From Camelus dromedarius (lineage: Eukaryota), in NCBI RefSeq assembly GCF_036321535.1, contig NC_087438.1:13580001-13644000 (forward strand): a stretch of DNA of 64,000 nucleotides, in the 5' to 3' direction. The position numbers were made by a program, and so were the translations under genes. The first letter of the stretch is position 1. Each line of letters begins with the position of its first letter. Positions 14,140-26,800 of the stretch are shown here, piece by piece. Below the pieces are notes generated by a model that saw nothing but the letters and a program-made list of their open reading frames with translations, searched no databases and was not told where the DNA came from.

Positions 14140-16235
14140 CTTTTTAAAAACTGTTCTGACTACTCTAGGCTTTTGAATTATGCATGAATTTTATAATCCT
14201 CTTTCAATTTCTATATATACACACAGGGTGTTGGGATTTTTAACAGGATTATATTGATTCTATAGATTAATCTAGGGAGAATTAATATTCTCTTCTAAGT
14301 CATTCACATGGGTCTCTCCATTTATTTAAGCTTTTAATGACTCACCAGTTTTTATAGTTTTCATTGTACAATGCTTGTACTTTGGTAAATTTATTCATAT
14401 TTTATTCTTTTTGATGCCATTGTGAATGTAATTTTTCTTAATTACATTTTTAGATTGTTTAAAGCCAGTATGTAGACATTAAACTGGGGGATTTTTTTGT
14501 GTGTGTATTGAGCTTTTATCTCTTGATCATGTAAAATTTATAAGTTTTGTATTTTCCTTAGAATTTTTGATATAGTTGCTCATAGATGTCCAGCTCATAT
14601 CATGTCCTCTGTGAAAAAATGAGAGTTTTACTTCGCCCCTGCAATCTGGGTGGGTTTTCTTTCTATTGATTGCCTTATTTCACAGGATGGGATTTCTGTC
14701 CAAGGCTGAAGTGGAAGGATTGATGACCTTAGTTTTTCTGCCAGCATTCAAGAATTACTGTTGAGTAGGGTCTTAGGTGCTGCATTTTGTTGATTCCATT
14801 TATTGGGCAAAATGTTTTCCCTAAGAGTTACCGTTCTTCATGTGCTAAGATGACCATCTGCTTTTTTATAATATGGATAATGTTATATAGATTATGCTAA
14901 AATGATTAACTACAGTGCTTGATTTTCAATTGACAAATCAGCTTTGCATTCACTATTTGAAACTTCATATGGTCACAAAGCATCATCCTTTTTGTGTAGT
15001 GCTGCATTTTAGTTCCTAAAATTTTCTTAAGGAATTTTATGTCTATATCGATTAGGAATATTGGTCAGTTTCTTTTCTTCATGAAGTCTGGTTTTAGGGT
15101 CGGTGCAAACTTGATATCAGAATGACTTGTAAAGCTTTTCTTCATTTTCTGACCAATTTGTATAAAGCTGTTCTTTTTCTTCCTTAAGGATTTTGTAGAA
15201 TTCACCCGTGAATCCATCTGCAACTGAAGTTTTTATTGTTATAGTTGTTGTTACTCAAAATTTTAAATTATGAGTTCAATGCATTGCTATAGGGTAACTC
15301 GTATTATCTATTTATTCTCAAATGAAATGTGGTAGTTTGTGTCTTTCAAGACTTTTTTTCATTGTATCTGTTTAAAAAAAATATTGGCCTAAGATTGTTC
15401 ATAATATATGTATTGTCTTTTTACAGTATGTAGGACATGAAGTTATATTGTTATCTCATTCTAGATATTGATAACTTTTTTCTCTTCTTTATTTTTATAC
15501 TCAGCAGTATGGCTAGTGATCTATTAATTTTTATTGTTCTTTACAAAGAACAGCTGTTGGTTTCTTTGATTTTTCTCTATTTTGTTTTTTGTTTAAAAAT
15601 TATTGATGTCTGCTACTATTTCTTTCCATCTGCGTTGTTTTAAAATATTCTTCCTTTTTCCAGTTTCTTAAGGTAGAAACTTTGATACATGTCTTCTTTT
15701 CTAATCAAGCATTTAAGCTATAATTTCCCCCAAGCACTGTTTTAGCTGTGTTTCAGAAAATTGTAGACATTTTATTTTTTATTTTTATATTAGTTCAAAA
15801 CATATTTAATTTCCCTTGTAATTCACTCTTTGAAATCTGTGTATTTGGAAGTGCTTTGTTTAAATGCATATTTGTTGATTCCCCAGATACTTATCTGTTA
15901 ATAATCTCTAATTTATAATCCATCTTCTAAGAATATACCTTTTAATAATTTCAGTTTTAAAAAAAATTACTGAGAATTGTTTTATGGCCCATAATATGGT
16001 GCACCCTGTTAAATGTTTTGTGAATATTTATAGCAAAATTTGTATTCTGCTCTTCTCAGGCAAAATGTTAAGAGGAAGTCCATTGTGGTATCCAAGCTGA
16101 TAGGGTTCAAGTTCTCTATACTCTTGCTCCTTATCTGTCACTTCGTAATATCAGCTACTCAGAATGAGATATTGAAATTTCCAACTATAATTATGCATCT
16201 CTTTCCTTTTTAAGTTTTAGCACTTTGCTTCATAC
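14140..16235 (-). mobile_element. Old L1M ORF2 fragment
   Basis: Antisense L1 ORF2 phrases 'ggattatattgattctatagattaatctagggaga', 'gtagaattcacccgtgaatccatctg', 'ttttatggcccataatatggt', 'gaaatttccaactataattatg'. Confidence 0.85.
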
Positions 16236-17388
16236 TGTGATGTGTGAAATGCGATTTTGTTAAGGATGCCTGACTCACATTTGCCTCTAAGTGACTGTAC
16301 AGCTGTCTTGTGATAAAGGGACATTCAACATGCTTTCCCACTTTCTTTTCTTATAAACACTTTTCCCCAAAATACAATTACTGTTAGGTAAATATATTAA
16401 TATTGGTTAATATTGTAACTATATTTACTCTACTACGGTTAAGCATATGGCTACCCCCTCAAAGGAAATAAACTATTAAAATACCCCAACTTTGTTATCA
16501 AATTTTGGAAAGTTTTAATAAGTTCTAGAATATATTGATAGAATGTTGCGTAATTTATATAACCAATGATATAATGATGTATGTAAAGTTGGGTCTAAAC
16601 ACTCAAAATAAATCTGAAAGGTCTACAAGCCAATGGAGAGCCAGGCGTGCCAGGAGCACCCAGGCCCATCAGTCAGTACACGGATCTGGCTAACCAGATC
16701 ACGATGAGTACTGACTCCCACCATCTCTCCAAAGCACACCAAGCTTGTTGAAAAACACAGCATACCGACCAGAGGATGATTCCAACCTTGCTGAAGATCA
16801 GAGCAAAGACATCTGAAAGCAGAGATCGTTACGTGTGCTGGTGGGAGTAAGACTCAAATTCCTTGTGAGGATCCCTCAACATATACCATGTACATTTGAC
16901 AGTTTTCCCCCCATTTCCTCACAGTTGCCACTTAACCTGAAAGCTGTTGTCATATGGAACAAAGCTTTTGTTTTAAAACGTTCATCACTTTTCTAAAAGG
17001 AAATGAAGTCTATATATGTCCAAATCTAAGTAGAAATTCTCACTAGCAAACATTTCTTGCTGTAAAGGAATAACAAGGACTAGATTTGCCAACCGACATT
17101 AAACACTTAGAAAAACCACACGCACGCGCACACACACACACATCAGGTGCTTTCAGACTTGAAATAACAAGTAGCAAAGATAACAATTCCTCGGGGGAGA
17201 AAAAAACATGGGATGGACTCTAGCTGTGCCTAGTTCACTCCCTGAAAACTTTCCAGGATGCAGCAGATGCAGAGAAATGTTCTCAGTAAGACCAGACACT
17301 ATTGATGAGTTCAGGAGATAGAGTTTGGAGATCAGAGAGGTCAAAGCAATTAGAATATGTGGGACAGATTACTGAAGAAGTGGAAATC

Positions 17389-17430
17389 AGAGAGAGAGAG
17401 AGAGAAACAGAGAGACAGAGAGACTGAGAA
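17389..17430. repeat. (GA)n/(GACA) simple repeat
   Basis: Direct observation. Confidence 0.85.
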
Positions 17431-18394
17431 ACAAGAGAGCAAGAAATCTGCAGAGAGTCCCTTGTGTCTTTAGCAATGGACTCAAGGTCAGTGGCAGAAG
17501 AAAGGAAGGAGCCTAAGTTAGATAATACTTTCTTCCTAATTACACAGTGCAAGAGGATACCATTAATCAGAATAATAAATCAATAATGGAAGGAGAGGGA
17601 TTCCAAGAGAGGAGGATGAGTTAAGCCATGGCTACACCACCAAAGTATCTGAAAATTGTATAGAACATGTAGGTTAAAGAGAGTATAGAAACCAGGAAAG
17701 AGATCTGACTTAGAAAACATGATCATGACTCTTCGGAAGTGGATAAGGACTTCAAGGGGCATCAAGTTAGAGTGAGAAGAAAGAAACAAGGCAACAAACA
17801 TGGCCATGAATAGGACACTCTGATTACATCTATAAAGCAAACACCAGCTTTGAAATGTTTTAAACATTTCTTCTTGATTTGTAGAATACCACTTTCTTAA
17901 GAAGAGGGAAAAAAAGACACAGTTTTCTTAAATGAAGTTTTTCTTCAAAGCAATATATATATATATTCATCTTAAATAAATCTATAAACTGAGAAATGTA
18001 AACTCATGATAAATTTCCCTGTATTAAACCTGCCATTCAGTATTTCTCTTTGATGTACTTGATAGTGCATTTCCCTTACTAGGTCTTGCGTTAAATTTCA
18101 CTTTACAAAATTATTTTTGCATGTACATGAGAGGTGCCAGTTGTATGACTTTGTCTAAGCCACTCTCCTACTCATAGACACAGCCAGCACATCATCACAA
18201 CCGATTAAGTTCTCATTTTTAACATGTGTCCAACACTGGTAAACAGTGAGCCTGAAGTGAACCAGGGGGATGCTGACTTCTCACAAGAGACTCACCTTCA
18301 GAAGCAAAATATATGAGATTTTTTTTTTTTAGGACAATGTCTGCCCATTTTGAGGCAATGCTAATTTACTTTTTAATTTTAAGATAAACGAATA

Positions 18395-19190
18395 GAGCAA
18401 AATGGTGGTAGATGAATTTCTAGCACACATCCCCTCCCAGAAACATCAACTTGAATAATTATCTGCTCATGTAGGTATCCCCACAAGATCTAAAGGTTCA
18501 AAGTTCCAGGTGAAGAATTGTAGTACCTAAGTGAAACAAAGAGATAAGAAGGGATGCACTGAGGAGGATAGGAAAGGCAGATTCACATCACCCCGTCATC
18601 TCTTGCCCAAGCCCAAGCAGCCCACCCCACTGACACCTGTTCGGTGGGAGAAGGAGAGTGAACTGAGCACCTGATTTCACCAAAGCCCCCAACACTAGGC
18701 TTACCCCTCAGCCCTAGGTGCTTCCTGGAGGGCTCCCGTGAATCCTGGCTCCCAGCACACTCAGGTGTCTGCTAGCTTCTGTAACCCCAGGCAGCTACAT
18801 TGTGCCTCTACCAAACCCAGCTCCAGTGGCACCAGACTCTTGGGTCACCCCAGTGCTGACCAGCTCTCATCGCTCCAGGTGACTCTTGTGGCCCCAGGGT
18901 CCTATCAGTCTCAGCACAAGGTTAATTACTCTGGAACCAGGACCTTGGCACATTCCAACACCAGGGCAGCCCCTGCAGCCCCAACATCGTGCCTGGATCC
19001 CATGGCTCTTGGTCCACCCCACTGCCAGATCCAGCCTTCAGGTGGCCTCTGAGGTCCTCATTTGCAGGATGACTCCTATAGCCCCAGTGCCAGGCCACCC
19101 ACATGGCCCCAGCCTCAAGGCCAACTCAGGGAAGCCAGGTCCCAGACTGCCTCAGTACCAGATCAGCTCCCACAGACCCAGGTACCAGGT
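18395..19190 (+). mobile_element. L1M2/L1M3-like 5' UTR fragment (GC-rich, internal CCAGG/GCCCC repeats)
   Basis: Begins 'gcaaaatggtgg' (eroded caagatggcgg L1 start); 'gtgggagaaggagagtgaactgagcacc'; degenerate 'ccaggccagcccctgcagcccca' units. Confidence 0.75.
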
Positions 19191-19495
19191 CATGCATTTT
19201 ATAACTTCTTGCCACACATATGATTTACTATATGCTATGATTATAACAATTTTTATGTATGAAAAAATCTAAATATTGATTGATATCCAAGTGAGGGAAG
19301 GAAACTAACTACATTTATTCTTTGTTCATTTCCATATATGTATTTAAAAAAAAAACCCTCTTTATATTTAATGTAATGAAAATCTTCTGTTTAACACAAT
19401 GGTTAAGTCTCATGTTTTGACTAAATCCTAAAACTCCAGATTCCTTAAAACATCTTTGTGCCCTGAGAAGGTTTCAGAATAAGTTTTCACATATT

Positions 19496-19958
19496 TGTGG
19501 TGGGGCTGAATGATGGCTCCCCAGAAGACATATCTGCATCCTAGTCCCTGGAAGCTGTGAATGTGACCTTGTTTGGATAAAGACCTTTTGGAGATATAAT
19601 TAAATTCAGGACCTTGAGATGAGTTCACCCCACATTATCTGAGTGGGTTCTATATCCAATGACAACTGTCCTCAAAACAGACAGAAGAGGAAAAAACACA
19701 GACCACAAAGGAGGAGGCCATGTGAAGACAGAGATAGAAATTAGAATTCTTAGCCACAAGCTAAGGACATTTGGAACCATTGGAGGCTGGGAAAGGTGAA
19801 AAAGTATCCTCCCTTTGAGCTTTCAGAAGAAACCTGGTCCTGCTAACATGGTCCTGATTTCAAACTATAGACCTCTGGAGTTATGAAGGCAGCATTTATA
19901 TGATTTTAAGTCACAGTTCATTGCAAATTGTTAACAACCACCCTAGGAAACCAATCCA
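19496..19958 (+). mobile_element. MLT1B/C-type MaLR solo LTR, full length
   Basis: TGTGG start, ends 'ccctaggaaaccaatcca'; internal 'gaatgtgaccttgtttgga' and 'ggccatgtgaagacagag'; perfect 5-bp TSD ATATT at 19491-19495 and 19959-19963. Confidence 0.93.
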
Positions 19959-20299
19959 ATATTGAAAAAATGAAAGTTTTCATTCTGTTTGTCTTTCATA
20001 CCTTCTCCTTGAATGAAAATTACCTCAAATTTTTACTTCTAGTAGTGTTGGATTAGGGAATTCAGAAGTACAAAACTCCTGCGGTCAATTTGAAAAGTGA
20101 GGATAAATTATGGGACCAAGGTCTCTTAAGAGATGGAATTACAAAGAAGTTAGCCTAACATTTTGGCGTGTTTATCCCAGGGAACGTGGGTGGATTGGAG
20201 AAAGAAGTACCTGACAGACTACATCAGTGGGTAGAGCTGTTGAATGTGTGCCACCTAGGGACACAAAAACTGGAGTTCAGATACTGCCAAATAAGTGAA

Positions 20300-20880
20300 T
20301 TTTTAGTAAACACATATTTTTAAATTGGGACCCCAAATGATACCTTCTAAGCTAAAGATAATTTGAAATAATAAAGCCTTCATAGAAACAAAAGCCAAGA
20401 CTCAAAATATCTCAATTGCTACAATTAGATTGAAGTGATCAGGGATTGCTAAAATCTTTTATTTCCTGCCAGAAACAGTCATAAATGCTATCTAGAGAAA
20501 AATAGCATAATCCTGAGCTAAGTGTTTCTTCCTTTTTATATATATAAAATCAGTGATTAGTCAAAATATCAGGATTATGAAAATATACGATAATAGAAGA
20601 GGAAAACAAATAAACAAAAAAGAATAAAGACCAAAGTTGATCTTAAAATGAATTCTGATAGTGAAGTTATCTTACTTTTTAAAAATTATCTTATGCAATC
20701 TGAAAAAAAAATGATTAAAAATATCTACAGATAAAATAACCAAAATAATAGTCTAGAATTTAAAAACCCAATGATCTAATTAAAAACCTAATAGATAGAT
20801 TTAATGACTGACCAAGTTTTATTGAAAAGTGATTTCATGAACTGGAATTTAGTTCAGATGAAAATATCCAGAATGATCAA
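20300..20880 (+). mobile_element. Eroded L1ME/HAL1-type ORF1-region fragment
   Basis: 'aattaaaaacctaatagatagatttaat...gatttcatgaactggaa...aaatatccagaatga' resembles L1 ORF1 coiled-coil coding DNA. Confidence 0.6.
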
Positions 20881-21398
20881 AAGTCTTTTTGTGTATTTAA
20901 ACTTTTCTGCTGTGTGAAGTCATGATAGGGTCCATTGTTCACGTAGACAATGGAGGGAGAAAATAGCAGAGACATGAAGGGCTTCTGGAATGTTAGAAAT
21001 GGTCTGTGTGGTCATTGTGTAATTTTTTGTTAATTCTTTCTATATGTCTTTATTTAGCATGCTATTCCCATATACGTGATGATTCAGTTGCAAAATTTAA
21101 GAAAACTGGTCTTTATAAATTCTATTTCCCTCTTTCTTTTAATAGCACCATCCTCATTTCCCTGTGCTCTCTGGAAACTCCTCTAAATCTCATAAACCCT
21201 ACCGCAAACAGGATGGAATATATACAAATTAAAATATGAGTTTCTGTTTAACTCAGGAGGCTTTGAATCACTTAAACAATTAAGTTCAATGATATAAATA
21301 TGCTGTCACTTAAGCAAAGTCACTGGACTCATTGCTTGAGCTCTATATCAATAATCCTCCATCAGCCTTTCCCCTTCTACAAATACAAAAAAAAAGAA

Positions 21399-22149
21399 GT
21401 GAAGCACTTTGAAGAGAATGTGATTTTACCCTGCTAATGAGCTAACAGGCTAGCTTGTCACACTTTCACAGATACTGGCAGAAGACATAAGACATCTGGT
21501 TCAGAAACAATAGATTTTTTCATTCACAGTGCAGCTAGCAGCATGCCATCATGTTTGCATCCCTTTGCCTTATTCCCAGTTCCCATAGGAATGTTTCCCA
21601 CAGAGCTTCCAAGGTTGACTTTGCACAAACAATGGGTTTGAATCACATCTGAGGAATTGCAAGTTCAGGAAAAACAGTCTTTGAAGGGATGTGTCTGGAG
21701 GGAACTCTAATTCAGAAAGATGACATGCACCCCAATGTTCACAGCAGCACTAAATGTCCATCAACAGATGACTGGATAAAGAAGTTGTGGCATATATGTA
21801 TATACACAATGGAATGCTACTCAGCCATAAAAAAGAATAAAATAATGCCATTTGCAGCAACGTGGATGGACCTGGAGATCATCATTCTAAGTGAAGTAAG
21901 CCAGAAAGAAAAAGAAAAATACTGTATGATATCACTCACAGGTGGAACCTAAAAAAAATTATAATAAATAAGATACAAATGCAAGAAAATGTTATCTTTG
22001 TTATTATAGCCAGAAAATGAATCTGTTGCCTTCTGCCCTGGAATGAGAACTTACCTCTAGTTTGCCATCCAAATATCCTTGGAAGGTAGTCTGGAACAAA
22101 AGCTCTTACAAGAGGTGTAGAAATCCCATGGAGAATTATGGTCCAATAA
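21399..22149 (-). mobile_element. LTR40-like ERVL LTR, interrupted by an L1 fragment
   Basis: 'gattttaccctgctaatgagctaacaggctagc...gatactggcagaagacataagac' and terminal 'cccatggagaattatggtccaata' follow antisense LTR40 as recalled. Confidence 0.75.
21686..21981 (+). mobile_element. Young L1 fragment encoding the ORF2 C-terminus, truncated at both ends
   Basis: ORF 21689-21952 reads KCPSTDDWIKKLW...YSAIKKNKIMPFAATWMDLEIIILSEVSQKEK, the L1 ORF2p C-terminal segment. Confidence 0.93.
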
Positions 22150-25100
22150 TAAATACACGGTATTCTTCCTCATCTGTTTTTTTTTCTCTTTAGTCTCATT
22201 GTGCCTTTAGGAATTAATCTGACATAAAAATTATTTACAAATAATAATTCGAAAATACATTTGCAAAAGTCTTACTTAGTTGTTTATAACTCATGAATAC
22301 AGGTGAAAAATCAATAAATTATGTGTTTCAGAAAAAAAGCAATCTTCTAAATCTTCTAGGCCTGCTATTTATAAAAACATCAATTAGAAAAAAAAATTCC
22401 TCTTGCCAAGACTTCTCTATCAATATATTCCTTAATTTTCAAAATTTCTTTAATATTCATAACTTATTTTAATTAATACTTCAAGATTGAAAGGAATAAT
22501 CTATTGACTAGTTGTATGATTAAATATTTAGCTCTTAAGCTTCTCCAGTAAGTATATGCTTTTGATCTCATCTTCTCCGTGTGAGTTATTTTCATAAATT
22601 TAGTTAATACGATAGGTATCATTACCAAAAAACAGAAAACAACAATGCAGAGCACTGTGCTATTTCTATGAATGCACTTCATGATAAAGGTACTATTAAT
22701 ATACATATAAGGAAACCAAGGCCCAGTTTATAAATTGCAGAGTAGACGCCATCCACATCCTCTAGTACCATTACCTGTGCAAGTATGCTGTGATATGCTG
22801 CCTCCAAACCATTGTTCACATCTGAGCCAGGCATTACTCTGTTCCTAATCTTTCTTCCTCTTAGACTTTATTTTGCTGGAGCTAATACTTCCCTTGTATT
22901 TTCCATTTTGTTAGATTTCTGTATACTTATTCCTGTGTTAATTTCATATTACGCTCTTAATAGATTCTTGACGCAATATCTACTTAATGTAATATTATTT
23001 TTCTTGTAGACGTCCTTTTCACAGCCCTACCACTTTCTGATTTTATCTGAACTCCTGACTCCTTGGTTGGGTGGAGATTTAACCTCGTAGTACTTTCCAT
23101 GACTACTCTGCTGGGCTAAACTTCTTTATCATCTTCATATGTCCACCTCTTCTTTTGCAGTTTCATCATTTAGTGGGAGCACATCCTCTGTGCTCTCCTT
23201 CATTAAAAATGATATTCAAGATTGTGAGACTTTAGCTTAATAAATATGACTTTGTAGAATATATTTCAAAGATCCCTTATGTAACTTTTCTCTGGGCCAA
23301 ACTTCTGCTCCCTGATCACTTGTAAATATCATTTTAGTTTCTAAAAAATAAACATGAAGCATACATATATATATAGCTTATCATGCTCCACCAAATAACT
23401 AGTAATTAACGCAACTAAATTGCCCAGGAAAACAGCATTTAGATTTGAAACATCTAGATGTTTTTCTGTTGAGGGATTATGAATTACGGTGTCAGAAGAA
23501 AATAGAGAATATTTTATTGTGTGTTTTTATTTGGATTTTTACCCATTGATTGTTTCATCATTTGTCTTGTGACAAGGGCATCATGGAATCATAGAGAAAT
23601 GAAAAATTACTTGATGCACTGCTGGTACTTTATAAGAGACATTAAGCCACCAGAGAAATGGAGCTATGTGAAGGTCAGAACAAACATCTTTCAATTTGAT
23701 AATCTATTCATACTTACAGTGCTGGAAGAAACCATTAAATAAAGATATAAAAGTTTTTGAAAATGCCATTTGATTTAGATGAAATTGCACTGACATATAC
23801 TTTCACATGATACATAGACTCCTCTTCAAGAGATATTTATGAATGAGTTGTGAAATGTCATCACTTGCACACAAAGTTCGGTGCAATCTTTCAAATATTC
23901 AACTTTTCCATTAAAGTTAATTGGAATATCCAGACTCCACTTCCTGGTGTGGCAATATTTGATGTGTTGTACTTTTTTCACTCAATTTTTCCAGATTAAA
24001 AACAGTTCTTTGATTTTTATTTCAGTTTCAAACTATGAAGTCAGTTTCAGTCTACAGGAATAGCATTTGAGAAGTGGGCTTTTTCTTGACAGATTAGAAA
24101 ATAATGCATTGGTAGAACAGACATTAATTTTGAATTCTCTGGTAACCAATTTATTTCTTAGAAATTATGAAAAGAAATGTATTGGATCCCATTAAGTCTG
24201 TTTTCATTAAAGATTCATCTTTCTCTCAATAGGATACAAAATAATACTTCTGAGTGTCTTCCTTAAACAAAGGCTTTATAAATACTGTCATTTAATCCAC
24301 ACTACTACCCTTGTCAATACATTTTATTGCCAGCATTAAAAAAAATAAGAACACTGACATTCAGACAAAAGTAATTTATCAAATTCAAATACCAGGTAAG
24401 CCAGGGAGGGAAAATTTAAAACACCATCTCTCTAAATCCAACCCCATACTGCTTTCTCAGCTCTACGTGATAATAACAATATGTGCTTTGAATGTCTCAA
24501 AAGATTTCATTTTTCAATGCTTAGTACAATGCTCTGACACAGTTTCATTAAATGCACACTGACTGAATGTCTGTCTTAAAAAACCATCATTAGGAGTTCT
24601 TAAGTGATGTAATGATATTCAGAATTCATGAGTCAAATATTGTTGCTGTTTAATCCTTATTATATTTAATTCTTTCATCAATACTTGAAGGTTAGGCTTT
24701 ATTTCTCATTTTACATTTACATGAAAGGAAGTCTGGGAATTTCAAATGTTTTAATTTACTTAATAAACAATTTAAGTTCTAGATATTGTGCTAAGACCGA
24801 GGGAGGTATTTGGGAAAATGATGTTCTCTGCACATGAATCCCGCAGTCAAATAAAGAAGAAGGCACTGTTTTTAAAATCATATGAATAAATTTAAAGTGA
24901 CTCATAGTCCTTTGAAGCAAATGCCAATTGTGCTTTTTTAAACATTGGTAATGGAAGATCTAACCTAACTTAGATACACCCTACATATGCTAGGAGTTCT
25001 GGTGAGCTGGCACGAGATTTTATTCTGAACCTCCAACTTCCTTTTCTGGACTCTTATTTCTCTGGTTCCTTCTCAAAATATGCAGTGTATGATTCCTACA

Positions 25101-25182
25101 ATAAATTGCTTATTCCTTAAATCTGTTTCCCTGATTGGATCCTGATACATACATGATGCCCAAATATCCCTGCAAGTTACTT

Positions 25183-25193
25183 TTATAAAAATT

Positions 25194-25276
<83 letters not shown>

Positions 25277-25466
25277 TTTATTTATTTGTTTGTTTGTTTG
25301 TTTGTTTGTTTATTTATTTATTTATTTATTTTCAACTACTTTTCCCCACCTTGGGGAGAGGTAATTAGGTTTATTTACTTTAATTATTATTATTTTTTTA
25401 GTGGAGGTACTGGGGAGTGAGCCAGGCTAAGTACACGCTCTACCACTGGAGCTATACCCTCCTCCC
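25183..25466 (-). mobile_element. Camelid tRNA-derived SINE (Vic-1-like) with tail expanded into a compound microsatellite
   Basis: Reverse strand 'gggtatagctccagtggtagagcgtgtacttagcc...ccccagtacctccac...taaacctaattacctc'; TSD gcaagttactt (25172-25182) / gcaagttgctt (25468-25478). Confidence 0.88.
25193..25330. repeat. Compound (TTTA)n(CTTA)n(TTTA)n(TTTG)n(TTTA)n microsatellite
   Basis: Direct observation. Confidence 0.95.
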
Positions 25467-25554
25467 AGCAAGTTGCTTCCTAACATCAAAGGGAAAAACC
25501 TACTTCTCTCATTGAAATGACAGCATCAATTTTATTTCTCTTTGTGTGTGTGTG

Positions 25555-25937
25555 TTTTACTTTTCATTTACAGATAATTGTAGACATACAAAACAGTTGC
25601 AAAAATAGTATGAAAAGCGGCTCTATCCTTTACCCAACTTCCCCTGGTGGTAACATCTTACATAGCCATGTTAAAGTGTCGAAAATCAGGAAATTAAAAT
25701 TGGTGCAATTCTGGTAACTGGACCACAGAAATTATTCAAATGTCACTACTTTTCCCCCAATGTCATTTTTTTTTTCTGTCCAAAGATCTAATCTGGGATC
25801 CCACACTGCATTTCGATGTCCTATGACTTTAGTCTCCTTACTCTCCCCTTGACTTTTGTGGCATTGACACTTTGAAGAGTACTGATGAGTTATTTTGAGA
25901 ACAGCCTTCAATTTGGGTTTGTCTTAGTTTTCTCATG
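25555..25937 (-). mobile_element. L1MC4/5-like 3' end
   Basis: 'cctttacccaacttcccctggtggtaacatcttacatagccat' and 'cattgacactttgaagagtactg...ccttcaatttgggtttgtct'. Confidence 0.85.
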
Positions 25938-26379
25938 TCAGTCTCATTTCTTCTTTTGTCTGCCATACTTCTCACTAATTTGACTCCAGCTACACGAGTC
26001 TCTCTCTCCATAAGTCTCTCTCTCTTCCTCTTTTCTCTCTCTCCCACTCTCTTTCTCTTTCTAAGACCTCAAACGTGTCTCTGTACCTGGTATTTTGAAT
26101 TTACTCTTCTCCTCCCTAGAATATTTTCTCTGAGGGTCTTCAAATATATGAACCTTTTTCATCTGTCAGGTCTCCCTGGAGATGCAGACCTATACAGAGA
26201 GTCCCTCCTTCACTCCTGTATCCAAACGTTGCCCCTGCCCTGTTCCTCCATGTTGCATTTAATGTTTGTTTCCTTTTACAAACATTGCAATGAATGGCCA
26301 TTTTATTTGGTTAAGAGACACTTCAACTTGCAAAGAAATCATTATTTGCATTTGTTAAAATGGTAAGGAAGACTTTATT

Positions 26380-26800
26380 CAAGGCCATTAAATAAGACTA
26401 TGGCAAGAAGAAATCAAATAGATTCTCTCTGGCTGGCCCTGAAGAAGCTAACTAACTTCCACATTATAATCTATGGAAGACAAAAAATCTCCGAGGAACC
26501 TAAAGCTGCTGATAGCATCCCTGGCTCCCTTACAGATGGTAAGAAATCAAGGACTGCACTCCTACAAAAGCAAAAAGTGACTTCTGTCAATGACCTGAAT
26601 GACCTTGGAAGAAAGCCTCAGACCTCAGATTAGAATGAACAACCACACTATTTTGATTGCAATTTCATAAGATTTAAGCAGAGAACCTACTGCAGCTGTG
26701 TCCACACTTCCGACCTACGGAAAATGAGATAATAAACGGGTGTTTTTTGAAACCATTAAATTGTTGAAAATGTGCTGTCCAGCAATAAGAAACCATTACA
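26380..26800 (+). mobile_element. MLT1E-like MaLR LTR (3' part)
   Basis: 'gctggccctgaagaagc', 'cctgaatgaccttggaag', 'cttccgacctacggaaaatgagataataaacgggtgtt...cagcaataagaaaccattaca'. Confidence 0.85.

Noticed and set aside
18738..19272. Overlapping 104-aa and 128-aa Pro/Gly-rich ORFs
   Set aside because: They lie in a GC-rich L1 5' UTR-like repeat; no recognisable domain or splice context.
21689..21952. 87-aa ORF with protein-like sequence
   Set aside because: L1 ORF2p C-terminal fragment, not a host gene.
25935..26366. Longest ORF in the window (143 aa)
   Set aside because: Spans a CT-rich tract and L2-like debris; low-complexity Leu/Ser/Phe content with no recognisable homology.
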